Notes under the pieces: model-generated | What the model was told of the DNA's origin: nothing | Databases searched by the model: none | The model's input: only the letters and a program-made list of their open reading frames with translations | Assembly: GCA_963847625.1 (NCBI GenBank) | Contig: CAWKAR010000039.1 | Span: 32,001-96,000, forward strand | Reading direction: 5' to 3' | Origin: a candidate division FCPU426 bacterium | GTDB taxonomy: Bacteria; Oederibacteriota; Muellerivitia; Muellerivitales; Muellerivitaceae | DNA: 64,000 bases | Made by a program: the position numbers and the translations under genes | Shown: positions 1 through 8,917 of the stretch, piece by piece | Layout of the letters: each line of letters starts with the position of its first letter | Position numbering within the stretch: position 1 is the first letter of the stretch

Positions 1-1
1 C

Positions 2-295
2 GTTTTCAAGAATGATTTCATGTTCCTGGGGCCCTTTTTCGTCCTGGATTACTTCTTCCTGGTCGAGCACCTTTGGGGAGTGGGCAAGGATAACATCACC
101 TTTTGGCGGTCCATGGGCATGATTTCCGACGCCGTGAGCGGCGTGGTGGGCGGTTATTGGCTGGGCCGCACCCTCAACACCAAATGGGGCATGTTTTTCG
201 GAAGCGAAGAAACCCGGTGCTTGATTTGGCTGGTCTTCATCCTCCTGGGCATCGCCATGGTGATTTGGTTCAGCAATAAGACCAGAAAGGCTTGA
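2..295 (+). CDS. Multi-pass membrane protein, 5'-partial (frame is open to the window edge); paralog of the next gene
   Basis: Frame 2 is open from nt 2 to TGA at 293-295. It has hydrophobic segments, and its C-terminus LGRTLNTKWGMFFGSEETRCLIWLVFILLG aligns with LGRFVNEKFGTSIGSNNTRFLIWLGLILLG of the downstream gene. Confidence 0.75.
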   Translation, partial: VFKNDFMFLGPFFVLDYFFLVEHLWGVGKDNITFWRSMGMISDAVSGVVGGYWLGRTLNTKWGMFFGSEETRCLIWLVFILLGIAMVIWFSNKTRKA

Positions 296-368
296 ACTGA
301 GCGAGCCGTTATACAAGGATGGGTCCTGCGGGGTCCCTATAAACATATTCCGTGATCGGAGGTTGCGC

Positions 369-980
369 ATGGCCGGCAAAAATTCAAAAACCAACCGGCC
401 GGTCCTTCGGTTTCTTCTTTTCGAGGGGCTGGCGCTGGCGGGTTTTATCCATTTCCACTACCATCCCATCGCGGACGCCCTCTGGGAAAAGAACTTCTAT
501 TACGGGGACTTGTTTTGGCTGGCGGGATATCCGCTTCTCTATATTTATCGTTGGATAGTCGGGGGCGGATGCCTGGGCACCATCCTTTTGCCCTTGGGTT
601 TTGTCCTCAATTGGGGCCTGGGCGTTTCCGCCTACCTCTGGGCCGCCTATGGCCTGCTCATTGCCGGAAGCCCCTATTATTACGCCTTGATTCACCATGA
701 GATCATCCTGGGAGTCCTGTTCGCCTTCCTTTATTTCCCCGTCCTCCAGCCCATCCTGGGCGTCAGCCGAAGGGTCCATACCTTGGGCGAGCTGTTTTGG
801 ATCCTTTTTTATTCCGGCTTGGGCGGGTTCCTTTGCTTTCTCCTGGGGCGGTTCGTGAACGAAAAATTCGGTACGTCCATCGGGAGCAATAACACGAGAT
901 TTTTAATCTGGCTGGGCCTGATCCTGCTGGGGGGCGCGATCGGGGCGATGGTTGCCCAACGCCGGGACAAGGGGGACTAA
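369..980 (+). CDS. Hypothetical multi-pass membrane protein (about 6 TM)
   Basis: GGAGG at 358-362 precedes ATG 369; several long hydrophobic stretches. Confidence 0.8.
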   Translation: MAGKNSKTNRPVLRFLLFEGLALAGFIHFHYHPIADALWEKNFYYGDLFWLAGYPLLYIYRWIVGGGCLGTILLPLGFVLNWGLGVSAYLWAAYGLLIAGSPYYYALIHHEIILGVLFAFLYFPVLQPILGVSRRVHTLGELFWILFYSGLGGFLCFLLGRFVNEKFGTSIGSNNTRFLIWLGLILLGGAIGAMVAQRRDKGD

Positions 981-1022
981 TCACTTCTGGCAACCCTATG
1001 GGTTATCTTTAACACATTTCCC

Positions 1023-1136
1023 ATGAAGGAGTGCGGCGGCGGCAACGTTTCCGAGGCCTCTCGCCGCGCCGGGTTGGCCCAAAGGCATTTCCAACTTATC
1101 CTGAAAAAATAGAAGTTGAATCCCTCCAAGTTTTAA
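1023..1136 (+). pseudogene. Remnant of a Fis-type HTH (C-terminal tail of an NtrC/sigma54-activator-like gene)
   Basis: Translates as MKECGGGNVSEASRRAGLAQRHFQLILKK*KLNPSKF*, matching the Fis HTH pattern GGNVSxAARxxG...LLKKY. TAG sits at the usual Tyr position and no upstream domains are present. Confidence 0.6.
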
Positions 1137-1301
1137 AAAATTAGACCCTCTTTTCCTGTATCCATTAGGTTCCACATGGTATGTTTTTAATGCAGCCTTT
1201 CCCGTCAAAATGCCTTTAATTCCCTGAAATCCGCTTTTTTTCTTGGCACCATCCATGCTTTAACCCCTATAGGATTTGGAACATTTTTATGAGGGGAATG
1301 A

Positions 1302-1542
1302 ATGAGACGCTATCTTTTGATCGCCTTTTTATGCTTGGCGGTTTTTTGCGCGTAATGGGATGCAACCAACGGTTACTTGGGTGGGTCCTCATCGAATAAC
1401 GTGATTGTCCGGAGAGTTTCCAAACCTAATCCGTGGGATGCCTTGAAGCCCAAAAAAATAGATATGAAAAGTGCGATGGCCGAGAAAAAATTGATTTTAG
1501 GAAAATCATTAACAGCGAACTTTTCGAGAGAAAAGGTTTTAC
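1302..1542 (+). pseudogene. 5' part of a small exported protein, interrupted by the IS unit; premature stop at 1353
   Basis: GAGGGG precedes ATG 1302. Reads MRRYLLIAFLCLAVFCA*WDATNG... (signal-peptide-like) in the same frame as the ORF-track 1377 ORF, and continues in frame at 3701-3792 if the TTTAC-bounded unit is removed. Confidence 0.45.
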
Positions 1543-1991
1543 TCGAGAAACTTCTTTTGGGCGCCGGATATGAAAGGACCGAGAAGCCGTTTCAATACCA
1601 GAAAAAAGTGAGGGGAATACCAGTTTTCGTTGATCTTCTTGCCGGTGAATATTCAGGCACGGGCAAAAGGCATCGGCATCAAAAAATACAAGGATTGAAA
1701 GCCCGTAAGGCGCGCGGTTGCGATTTGGCGTTTGAAAGCCCAGTTGAAATTACAATGGATGGCACCCTTCCTTCGGGAAGCCAGGATAGGGTTATGATCC
1801 GAGTGGCTTCCATTGTGAGTTTTATCGTTATGAAAGGCATGGCTTTGGCCGGTCGTTTCAAACCCAAGGATGCCTATGACATCTATTTTTGCGTGCTTTA
1901 TTATCCGGGCGGGTTCAAGGGTCTTGCCGCCGAGTTTAAAGGTCATGCCGATAACCTATTGGTCAAAGAAGGTTTGGAAAAAATCCGTAAT
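1543..1991 (+). pseudogene. Internal fragment of a predicted nucleotidyltransferase (AbiEii/type IV TA toxin-like), truncated at both ends
   Basis: Motifs VDLLAGEYSGTG, ARKARGCDLAF and IVMKGMAL..R.KPKDAYDIYFC..YPGG. The N-terminal GG/DxD catalytic region is absent and the 3' end is cut by the IS inverted repeat. Confidence 0.6.
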
Positions 1992-3695
1992 CCGGAATTT
2001 CCCAGATGACCTTCTCTGAAAACATTGCCGGGTAATTTGTTTCTCATTATATTCCCCCCCCCCGCTTCTTCCACCCGTATCCGGAATTTTCTGGCCCAAG
2101 GCCAGCGAAATGAGCCCAAAAAAGGGTTTCTGTGCCCCAAAAAAGTTGAAAATGACCTTCCAGAAAGCCAATTCTCGTTGTGAACGCACACCTATCCCAC
2201 GATGGTTGATCCGGTTGAAGCCATGAAGTGTTCCTGCGGTTATCGCAGTACTGGCGCTCGCGGCCTTACCATCGCCAGTAGCCTTATCCGTCCAAGGATT
2301 TCAGCAAACAGGCGTTGGGTAACCATCACCTCCGCCATCTGGAAAACCACGTACCGCGAATGGCGGATAACGTTAGCTCCGATTTTGATAAGTTTTTCTC
2401 GCAACGTCGTCAGCGACCAATGCTTCACCAGTTCTGGCAGGGCTAGACGGCGAAGGAAGTTGCCCAAGTTGTAAGCCAGTGCAAATAGTTGCAACCTTAC
2501 TTGGTTGTCCGCGAAGTCGTGGCAGCTTAGTCTTGTCCACTTCATCGCGTACTTTCCCTCCTTGATCCATTGCTCAGCCGTACCTCTTCCGTTGTAGAAC
2601 TTCACCACCTGGGGTGCCGGTCGTCGCATGTTCGTCACGATGAAACCCACCCTCGGGAAAAGTTCGCCGTTGTGATGCTCAATCTTCGCCACCACGCGGC
2701 GGGGTTTGTCCCAGCTGACGGCTTGGTATTGGAAGCTGTGATACCGGACAACCGGCTTGTGGGAAGGGCGGCCCACGGGACGGGTCAAAAATGGCTCAAT
2801 TTCTCTTTGTAGCACGCCATTGGCGGGTTGGCGGATCGCATAAAGGTATCCTTCGTCTTCTAGGTACTCGTATAGTTCCTGACGGGCGAAGGCCGCGTCA
2901 CCCCGGAAAAAACGGCTGATGGAAAGACCCCGATAACGGACAACCACTGGTTCAAGAACCGACCGCCACTCGTGGGCGCTGGCCACATTGCCGTTGCGCA
3001 ACATTGCCCGTTCCAAATCGCCAAACTGGTTGAAACAAAACAGGGGATGGTAACAGGTACAGCCGAAGTAACCGTTGTACAAGGAACCTTCTTGGTCCCC
3101 GTAGGTTTCACTCACGGAGCTGTCCATGTCGAGAATAATCTGCTGGATGGGCTTTTTTTCATGGACACCATCAATCCATTGGCCAGATAGGTCAATCAGA
3201 CCGGTCTGGTTCTTCGACTGGGTGAGAACTTCCGTCTCGAAACGTCCCATCTGGCTGGTGGAGGCAGCTTGTTTTTCCTTGGCCCGTCCTCCGATCACAT
3301 GCCGCATCGCCGGATCAACACTCAATCGTTCTGCGTCGTTGGTGTCCTCGTAACCGGCTAGGCGGCTGTAGATTGATTGCCGCAAAAGCGCCGTCATCGT
3401 ATGTTGCGTATTCTTGCCGGTTCGCCGATCCCTCAGAAGGTTTTCCGTTCTGTCAGTCAAACCAAAGGCTTCATCGAGTTCACGATAGGGAATCAACCCG
3501 CCATCGGAAGTGACCTTCGCGCCATGGAACTCCAGCTTGAGACCAGGATCAAAAACCACCCGAAGAGCGTCTTTTCCCCTTTCACCCATTGCATTCCCCC
3601 CTCTCGTGGTCCCCAAAGTGAAGAAAAACCTTTGTTTGTATGGCCAAACGACGCCTTATTATACTCGAAAGGTAATTTCATCTGGGAAATCCGGG
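1992..3695 (-). mobile_element. IS1380-family insertion sequence (1704 bp)
   Basis: Terminal IRs CCGGAATTTCCCAGATGA (1992-2009) and TCATCTGGGAAATCCGGG (3678-3695) match at 16/18 with CC termini; they enclose a single transposase. Confidence 0.9.
2240..3589 (-). CDS. tnp: IS1380-family DDE transposase
   Basis: MGE...LRVxFDxxLKLEFHGAKVTSDGGL, GYEDTND, ILDMDSS, YNGYF...YHPL, FRGDAAF, FYNGRGTAEQWIKEGK. Probable start is ATG 3589 (MGERGK). Confidence 0.95.
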   Translation of the reverse strand: MGERGKDALRVVFDPGLKLEFHGAKVTSDGGLIPYRELDEAFGLTDRTENLLRDRRTGKNTQHTMTALLRQSIYSRLAGYEDTNDAERLSVDPAMRHVIGGRAKEKQAASTSQMGRFETEVLTQSKNQTGLIDLSGQWIDGVHEKKPIQQIILDMDSSVSETYGDQEGSLYNGYFGCTCYHPLFCFNQFGDLERAMLRNGNVASAHEWRSVLEPVVVRYRGLSISRFFRGDAAFARQELYEYLEDEGYLYAIRQPANGVLQREIEPFLTRPVGRPSHKPVVRYHSFQYQAVSWDKPRRVVAKIEHHNGELFPRVGFIVTNMRRPAPQVVKFYNGRGTAEQWIKEGKYAMKWTRLSCHDFADNQVRLQLFALAYNLGNFLRRLALPELVKHWSLTTLREKLIKIGANVIRHSRYVVFQMAEVMVTQRLFAEILGRIRLLAMVRPRAPVLR

Positions 3696-3940
3696 TTTAC
3701 CAGTGATTGTCCCCGACGGATCGATAGAGATCGATTACCTTAAACGAGAGAATTTGATCTTATGGAAATCAACACGACGGGTTATTATATAAAAAAGGGT
3801 TTATTGGCAGATTGTCAAAAGGGGCCGAAGGGAAACAAACGCCTTTAAACTGCGAAAGCTGGACAAGCGGTCCTGGAAAAGTATTTTCGATCTGTAAAAG
3901 GCAGAATGAACGACTTTTAATTCAACTTAGGAGGTTGAAG

Positions 3941-4396
3941 ATGTCTCGCTTGAAAACAAAAGGGTTTACTTTGATTGAATTGATGATCGTTGTCGCGATT
4001 ATCGGAATCTTGGCGGCTATCGCCATCCCGCGTTTCGCGCAGATGCTGGAAAAGTCTCGCGAGGGATCAACGAAAGGTAACTTGGGAAGTCTGAAGTCTG
4101 CGGCTTCGATCTATTACGGCGATGCCCAGGGAGTTTGGCCGACGACTTTACAGACTTTCAAAGTGTACTCTTTCAGCAAATACTTGGACAATATTTCACC
4201 TGTGAAGGTGACGGGATCTTTTGTGGTAGGAGCGGTGAGCCCCGCGGGAGCCTTAGTGACCATGACGACAATGGTTTCTGTACCAACTGGTGCTTCACAA
4301 GGCTGGTTGTATGACAGTACCATGGGAAATGTTTTCGTGAATAGCACTGTGCAAGACTCGAAGCAAATCCCATATTCGTTTTACGGGTTTGAATAA
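3941..4396 (+). CDS. Type IV pilin / prepilin with N-terminal methylation motif
   Basis: AGGAGG RBS, then MSRLKTKG|FTLIELMIVVAIIGILAAIAIP (class III signal peptide with E5). Confidence 0.93.
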   Translation: MSRLKTKGFTLIELMIVVAIIGILAAIAIPRFAQMLEKSREGSTKGNLGSLKSAASIYYGDAQGVWPTTLQTFKVYSFSKYLDNISPVKVTGSFVVGAVSPAGALVTMTTMVSVPTGASQGWLYDSTMGNVFVNSTVQDSKQIPYSFYGFE

Positions 4397-4424
4397 AAAA
4401 GTTTAAAAAATTAACCTGACGCGC

Positions 4425-4454
4425 AAGGGCGGCAAATTTTGCCGCCCTTTTTTT
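4425..4454 (+). terminator. Rho-independent terminator after the pilin
   Basis: AAGGGCGGCAAA/TTTGCCGCCCTT hairpin followed by a T-run. Confidence 0.85.
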
Positions 4455-4651
4455 ATGGATTCCGGTTATATCCTCCTCCGGAGATTGGTTGCACGTATTA
4501 ATCTGGAAAATCTTAACATCCCCAACAGTTTAATAGAGGGCCGGCATTTACCTGTGCCGCTGAAATAATTTGGTTTTCTTTTTGGAACGATGCGCGAATA
4601 ATAAGGGACTCTATATCGTGTTGTTTATCCCGATTATGAAGGACATTTTTC

Positions 4652-6883
4652 TTGCTGACCCCGGAGCAGATCCAACCCGCCTCCACCGCCGTGCGCGATC
4701 TCAGGGTCGCCCTTTCCAACTTTTTCCTTTATTCCGCCGACAACAACATGGTCCAGCAGTCGCTGGAGCGTTTCTTGCAATCCCTGGAGAATTTGTTCCT
4801 TGCCCTCCCCAGCCTTTCCCTGGGGGAGACCGAAGGCCGCTTGGTGGTGGAGGGGACAGCCTTGAACGAAAAGACCACCGGTTCCACCAATATGATCAAG
4901 GACCTGTTCCTGACCCACAAGATCAACAGCGTAACCCTTTACCGGGGGCTCACAGCCGATGAAATGAAGACTTTTTTCAACCTTCTGAAACCCCGGGGCC
5001 TTGCGGATGGGGTTTCGTTTTTTAAAGCCCTCAAGGACAGCCGCCCGGAGCATATACAGGTCAACGAAAAGGTTTTCGTCGCCATTCGGGAAGGGGAAAA
5101 GGTCGTGCCGGTGGGTGAGGAATTGGAAGGGGAGGAAAACATGCAGGAGGCGCTGGAAGCCCTCCAGTATTTCCTCCAGATCTTCGCCCGGGTACGGCCG
5201 GAGAACAATAAAAAAGAAGTGGCCAAGAAAATGATCGACAACATGGGCGGTTGGCTTCTGCAGGAAGGGATTTATCCGACACCCGACACCCCGGGAAAAG
5301 GAGGGCCTTCTGGAAGCGGCACGGGAGGCGAGGGCGGAATAGGAGGGGCGGCCTGGGGGGAAATCGTCCGGGGTTTTGGGGCGTTGAGAAAAAGCCTCGC
5401 AACCGCGAACGAACCCGTTGACTTGAAAAATGTTCAATTCAACATGGACGATTTGTTGCGGCGGTTGGTCCTTTTGGGCGAAAACCAGGGTTTCAAGCTG
5501 GGCGGGGAATCGGCAGCGGAAAAGGCTAACATCCAAGGCACCGACGACCGCCTGACGCTTTTCGAGATCGACCCCGTCCTAAGCGCGGTGGATAGCGGGG
5601 ATTTGTCCATCCTGACCGACCGCCAAAAGGAATCCGAAGTGGACAGCCGTATTTCCCGTCTCCAGGAGGAAAAGGAGGTGGAAAGGTTCGGGAAGGTTTG
5701 GGACAGCCTATGGAAAAGCATCCTGTCAGGGGATGGGAACGCCCAGGGCGTCTCACTTCGGCACTTAAGCCGCCTTCAATGGCTGAAGATCCCCCGCCCG
5801 GACCAACTGGCGGGGTTTAGGAATCTGCGAGACTATCTCACCGGACCATCCGCTCCCGAGGCTTACCCCATCGGACTCACTTTGCTTCAGAACTGGCTCC
5901 CGGAGGAGATCCACCATCCCGACTGGGGGGAACTGCTACAAACCGTGTCGGCCTTAAAAAAAAATTCGGAGAAAAAACCCCCGCTTTTCGAGGGGCAAGA
6001 CCAGCTGGCTCAAGCCACCCTGGATATGATTTTCGGGCCAACCCAATTGCAGGAGCTTTTCTCCATGAACCCGGAAAAGGAGGAAGATAAGGTGGCTTTC
6101 GCGAAGTTTTTCATCGCGCTCCATTCCCTCTCCGGCCCTTTCCTGATCCAAATGATCCAGCAGGCACCTGTGGCGTCCCCTGATTGGAAGAAGGCGGTGG
6201 ATTTGCTCAACCGCATGGAAACCACGGGAGTGCCGGTTTACGAACAATGGCTCAAGGAGAATCAAAGCTCGGTCAAACTGGACCATTTCCTGGAAATCTT
6301 CAAGAAAGTGCCTCCTCCCGCGTCGATGCCGGAGTTTATAACGGCGAATTGGAGCGCCTTTGCGCCGGAAGCCCGGCTCAAGATTATGGAAATGATCCAG
6401 TTTTGGGAAAAACCGGAGTACCGGCCGCTTTTGATCAACCTTTTGGAAAGCCCTGAAGGAGAACATGCCATTCCAGCCATGAGGATATTGGCCAAGTTGG
6501 GGTTGGAAGGGGATTCCCGAACCCTTATCGCAACCGCGAAGAAATTTCCCGTTGAGTCAAAAGGACGGGAGAACTTTTTGATCGAAACTTGCCAAACCCT
6601 GGGGGAATTGCAGGATCCTTACGCCATCAATTACCTGGCGGAATGGGCGGATAGTTATAAGTTCCTGGAAGTTAAAAAGGAAAGGGGCATGGCCCTGCGG
6701 ATTGCCGCTGTCCAGGCTTTGGGGCATTTCCGCTCCCGCTATGTGGAGAAATTCCTGATTAAATTGAGTAAGGAAGCGGAAAAGGAGTTGAAACCCGAGG
6801 TTTCCCTCGCCTTGAAGTCTGTCCAGGGAAAATTAAACGTCAATTTTAGCCAGGAAGAGAACCCAGAGGGGCCGGGATTTTGA
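4652..6883 (+). CDS. HEAT-repeat-containing protein (743 aa)
   Basis: Long ORF with C-terminal HEAT/ARM-like helices (AMRILAKLG, TCQTLGEL, AAVQALGHF). The start codon (TTG 4652) is uncertain. Confidence 0.75.
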   Translation: MLTPEQIQPASTAVRDLRVALSNFFLYSADNNMVQQSLERFLQSLENLFLALPSLSLGETEGRLVVEGTALNEKTTGSTNMIKDLFLTHKINSVTLYRGLTADEMKTFFNLLKPRGLADGVSFFKALKDSRPEHIQVNEKVFVAIREGEKVVPVGEELEGEENMQEALEALQYFLQIFARVRPENNKKEVAKKMIDNMGGWLLQEGIYPTPDTPGKGGPSGSGTGGEGGIGGAAWGEIVRGFGALRKSLATANEPVDLKNVQFNMDDLLRRLVLLGENQGFKLGGESAAEKANIQGTDDRLTLFEIDPVLSAVDSGDLSILTDRQKESEVDSRISRLQEEKEVERFGKVWDSLWKSILSGDGNAQGVSLRHLSRLQWLKIPRPDQLAGFRNLRDYLTGPSAPEAYPIGLTLLQNWLPEEIHHPDWGELLQTVSALKKNSEKKPPLFEGQDQLAQATLDMIFGPTQLQELFSMNPEKEEDKVAFAKFFIALHSLSGPFLIQMIQQAPVASPDWKKAVDLLNRMETTGVPVYEQWLKENQSSVKLDHFLEIFKKVPPPASMPEFITANWSAFAPEARLKIMEMIQFWEKPEYRPLLINLLESPEGEHAIPAMRILAKLGLEGDSRTLIATAKKFPVESKGRENFLIETCQTLGELQDPYAINYLAEWADSYKFLEVKKERGMALRIAAVQALGHFRSRYVEKFLIKLSKEAEKELKPEVSLALKSVQGKLNVNFSQEENPEGPGF

Positions 6884-7111
6884 TACGTTCAATGGCGCCA
6901 AACACCGCCCGTTTAAGACGGGGTTCACTGCAGGAACACCCATTTTCGGTCGATGAATGTCATAAATTTCAAACTTCCTTCTTTATATAACACCTTTATA
7001 TGGGATTAGGCGGATATTTATTGAATTTTCCGCCCCCTTTAAACACTTTTAATTTGAGGTGGTATCCCTTAAATTAGAAACAGTATTCACCTTAAAAAGG
7101 AAGGGGTTCAG

Positions 7112-8077
7112 GTGATTCATAAAAAAAGCCTTTTGATCCTAGGGTTAAGCGCTTGTCTTTTGGCCGGCTCCCCTCACCGGGCGGCTGCGCAACTGGCGGA
7201 TTTCCAAAATCAAATTCTAGCGGACTATCAAACCATCACGAACTTCGTGAACGGACAAATGTCCAAAAGCATCTGTTTTTTTTCCACCCTCGGCTGGCAA
7301 AATGCGCCAACGGTATTTGATTTCCTGGGGAATCCGAGGGTCCAAGCTGGGTTTGGGATGGGTGTCGACGCGATTAATATCTCGAATATCAACAATCTTC
7401 AATTAAAAGCCCTGGTGGGATCCTCCAACGTTAACATGCCCTCGGTGCTTCCGGCGCCTTTTCCGATGGTCACCCTGCGCACTGCCATTATCCCCGGGCT
7501 GGATGTGGGGGCGAAACTCCTGCACATGCCCCCGATCAACGTTCCGTCCATGGGATTTTCCGGCCAGTACACGGGATGGGGATTGGACATGCGTTACCGC
7601 TTCCTGGACCGTTTTCCCCTGCCCGTGATCGCGGTGGGAGCCAGCTGGGACACCCTTTACGGAAGCACGACGATCGCCACGAGCGTCCTACAAAGTTCCG
7701 TCTATTATGATCCCGGCGCCAATAATGCCTCCATTACCGGCAATACGAACTATGACTTCGATTGGAACGTCAAGAGTTTCGGCGCGCGGCTCATGGTCGG
7801 CGAAAACTGCGGGGAATTTTTTCCCTACGTGTCGGTGGGGTTTCAAAGAAACTCGGGTTGGATCCGCTCATCCGTGATCGGCCATGTGACGGCGACAGTC
7901 AATTCAACTACAGGCAGTCCCATTTCCCTCGATATCCAGAATGCAGGCCAACCGGTGGTTTTGGAACCAAAATTCGTCCTTGGTTTTATGATCGGCGATG
8001 GCTTCAGTTGGAATGTGGTGGGGGAGTCCAACGGGTCCGATATCGCGGGTAGCACCGGTTTTGGGATACAGTTTTAA
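7112..8077 (+). CDS. Predicted outer-membrane beta-barrel protein (DUF6588-like)
   Basis: Sec signal peptide (..RAAA|Q), alternating beta-strand pattern and C-terminal GFGIQF. The family assignment is tentative. Confidence 0.65.
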   Translation: MIHKKSLLILGLSACLLAGSPHRAAAQLADFQNQILADYQTITNFVNGQMSKSICFFSTLGWQNAPTVFDFLGNPRVQAGFGMGVDAINISNINNLQLKALVGSSNVNMPSVLPAPFPMVTLRTAIIPGLDVGAKLLHMPPINVPSMGFSGQYTGWGLDMRYRFLDRFPLPVIAVGASWDTLYGSTTIATSVLQSSVYYDPGANNASITGNTNYDFDWNVKSFGARLMVGENCGEFFPYVSVGFQRNSGWIRSSVIGHVTATVNSTTGSPISLDIQNAGQPVVLEPKFVLGFMIGDGFSWNVVGESNGSDIAGSTGFGIQF

Positions 8078-8177
8078 AAGGGTTCAATCCTCCAAAACTC
8101 AGGGCTATTTGCTTGCCCATGATCCGCCTGCAAAAGACCCGTCAATCTGAAACAAAAGGTTCGTTAATAAAATCATT

Positions 8178-8387
8178 ATGAGCGAAACCCGGAAACCCAA
8201 CAGGATTTCTTTCGTTGACCCGAAGGAATGCACGGGATGTGAATCCTGCGTGGCCATGGCCCCCGGTGTTTTCCGAATGATGCCGGACGGCTTGTCCGAG
8301 GTCTTTGATTCCCAAGGGGATACTGAAGAAAAAATCCAGGAAGCCATGGACTGCTGTCCGGTTTCCTGCATCCATTGGAAGCAGTAA
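8178..8387 (+). CDS. Single-cluster 4Fe-4S ferredoxin
   Basis: CTGCESC...CCPVSCI, 69 aa, acidic. Confidence 0.9.
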   Translation: MSETRKPNRISFVDPKECTGCESCVAMAPGVFRMMPDGLSEVFDSQGDTEEKIQEAMDCCPVSCIHWKQ

Positions 8388-8458
8388 GGACAGTTCCCGG
8401 CCGGCGGTCAAGCCACAGGCCTTTACTGGAACCTGACTCTGTGTGTTTTGGAGTTGAA

Positions 8459-8917
8459 ATGGGCATTCTCACGGGTTGGATGGAAAAAAGGCAGTTCGAG
8501 CGCATCGACGCCGCCATCAAGGTCACTTATACCATGATCCCCAAAAGCGAACTGGTCAAGATCCTGGCCAACCCTTCCTACCGGGAATCAACCGCCGACC
8601 ACTTGCCCGAGCTTTCCAAAAAGTCGGTTACCTTGCACGCCGTCACCCGGGACATTTCCTTGGGCGGGATGTCCCTCGTGGGGCCGGAGTCTTTTCCGCC
8701 CGATACCGCCCTGGAGATCAAGCTTTACCTCCCGGACAGGCCCGTTCCCCTGACTCTCTTGGCCGAGGTGGTCCGGGCGGACGCCGGAATGGTCGGAACA
8801 TCGGGTTCCACCTTCCGGGCCGGGATCAAGATTCTCGCCATCAACCGCCAGGACGTGGTACGGCTGGATAAGTTCCTCTTGGCAGAAAGAATCCGCTTAC
8901 AAGATGGAAAAAAATAA
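8459..8917 (+). CDS. PilZ-domain (c-di-GMP-binding) protein
   Basis: RQFER (RxxxR) and DISLGG (DxSxxG) motifs; GGAG precedes ATG 8459. Confidence 0.88.
   Translation: MGILTGWMEKRQFERIDAAIKVTYTMIPKSELVKILANPSYRESTADHLPELSKKSVTLHAVTRDISLGGMSLVGPESFPPDTALEIKLYLPDRPVPLTLLAEVVRADAGMVGTSGSTFRAGIKILAINRQDVVRLDKFLLAERIRLQDGKK

Noticed and set aside
1377..2009. Intact 210-aa gene as given in the ORF track
   Set aside because: It looks chimeric: the first ~55 codons belong to a different interrupted gene, the rest is a nucleotidyltransferase fragment, and the stop lies inside the IS inverted repeat.
3812..3940. N-terminal extension of the pilin, or a c-di-GMP riboswitch upstream of it
   Set aside because: The RBS and prepilin motif place the start at 3941, and I could not match the GEMM riboswitch consensus.
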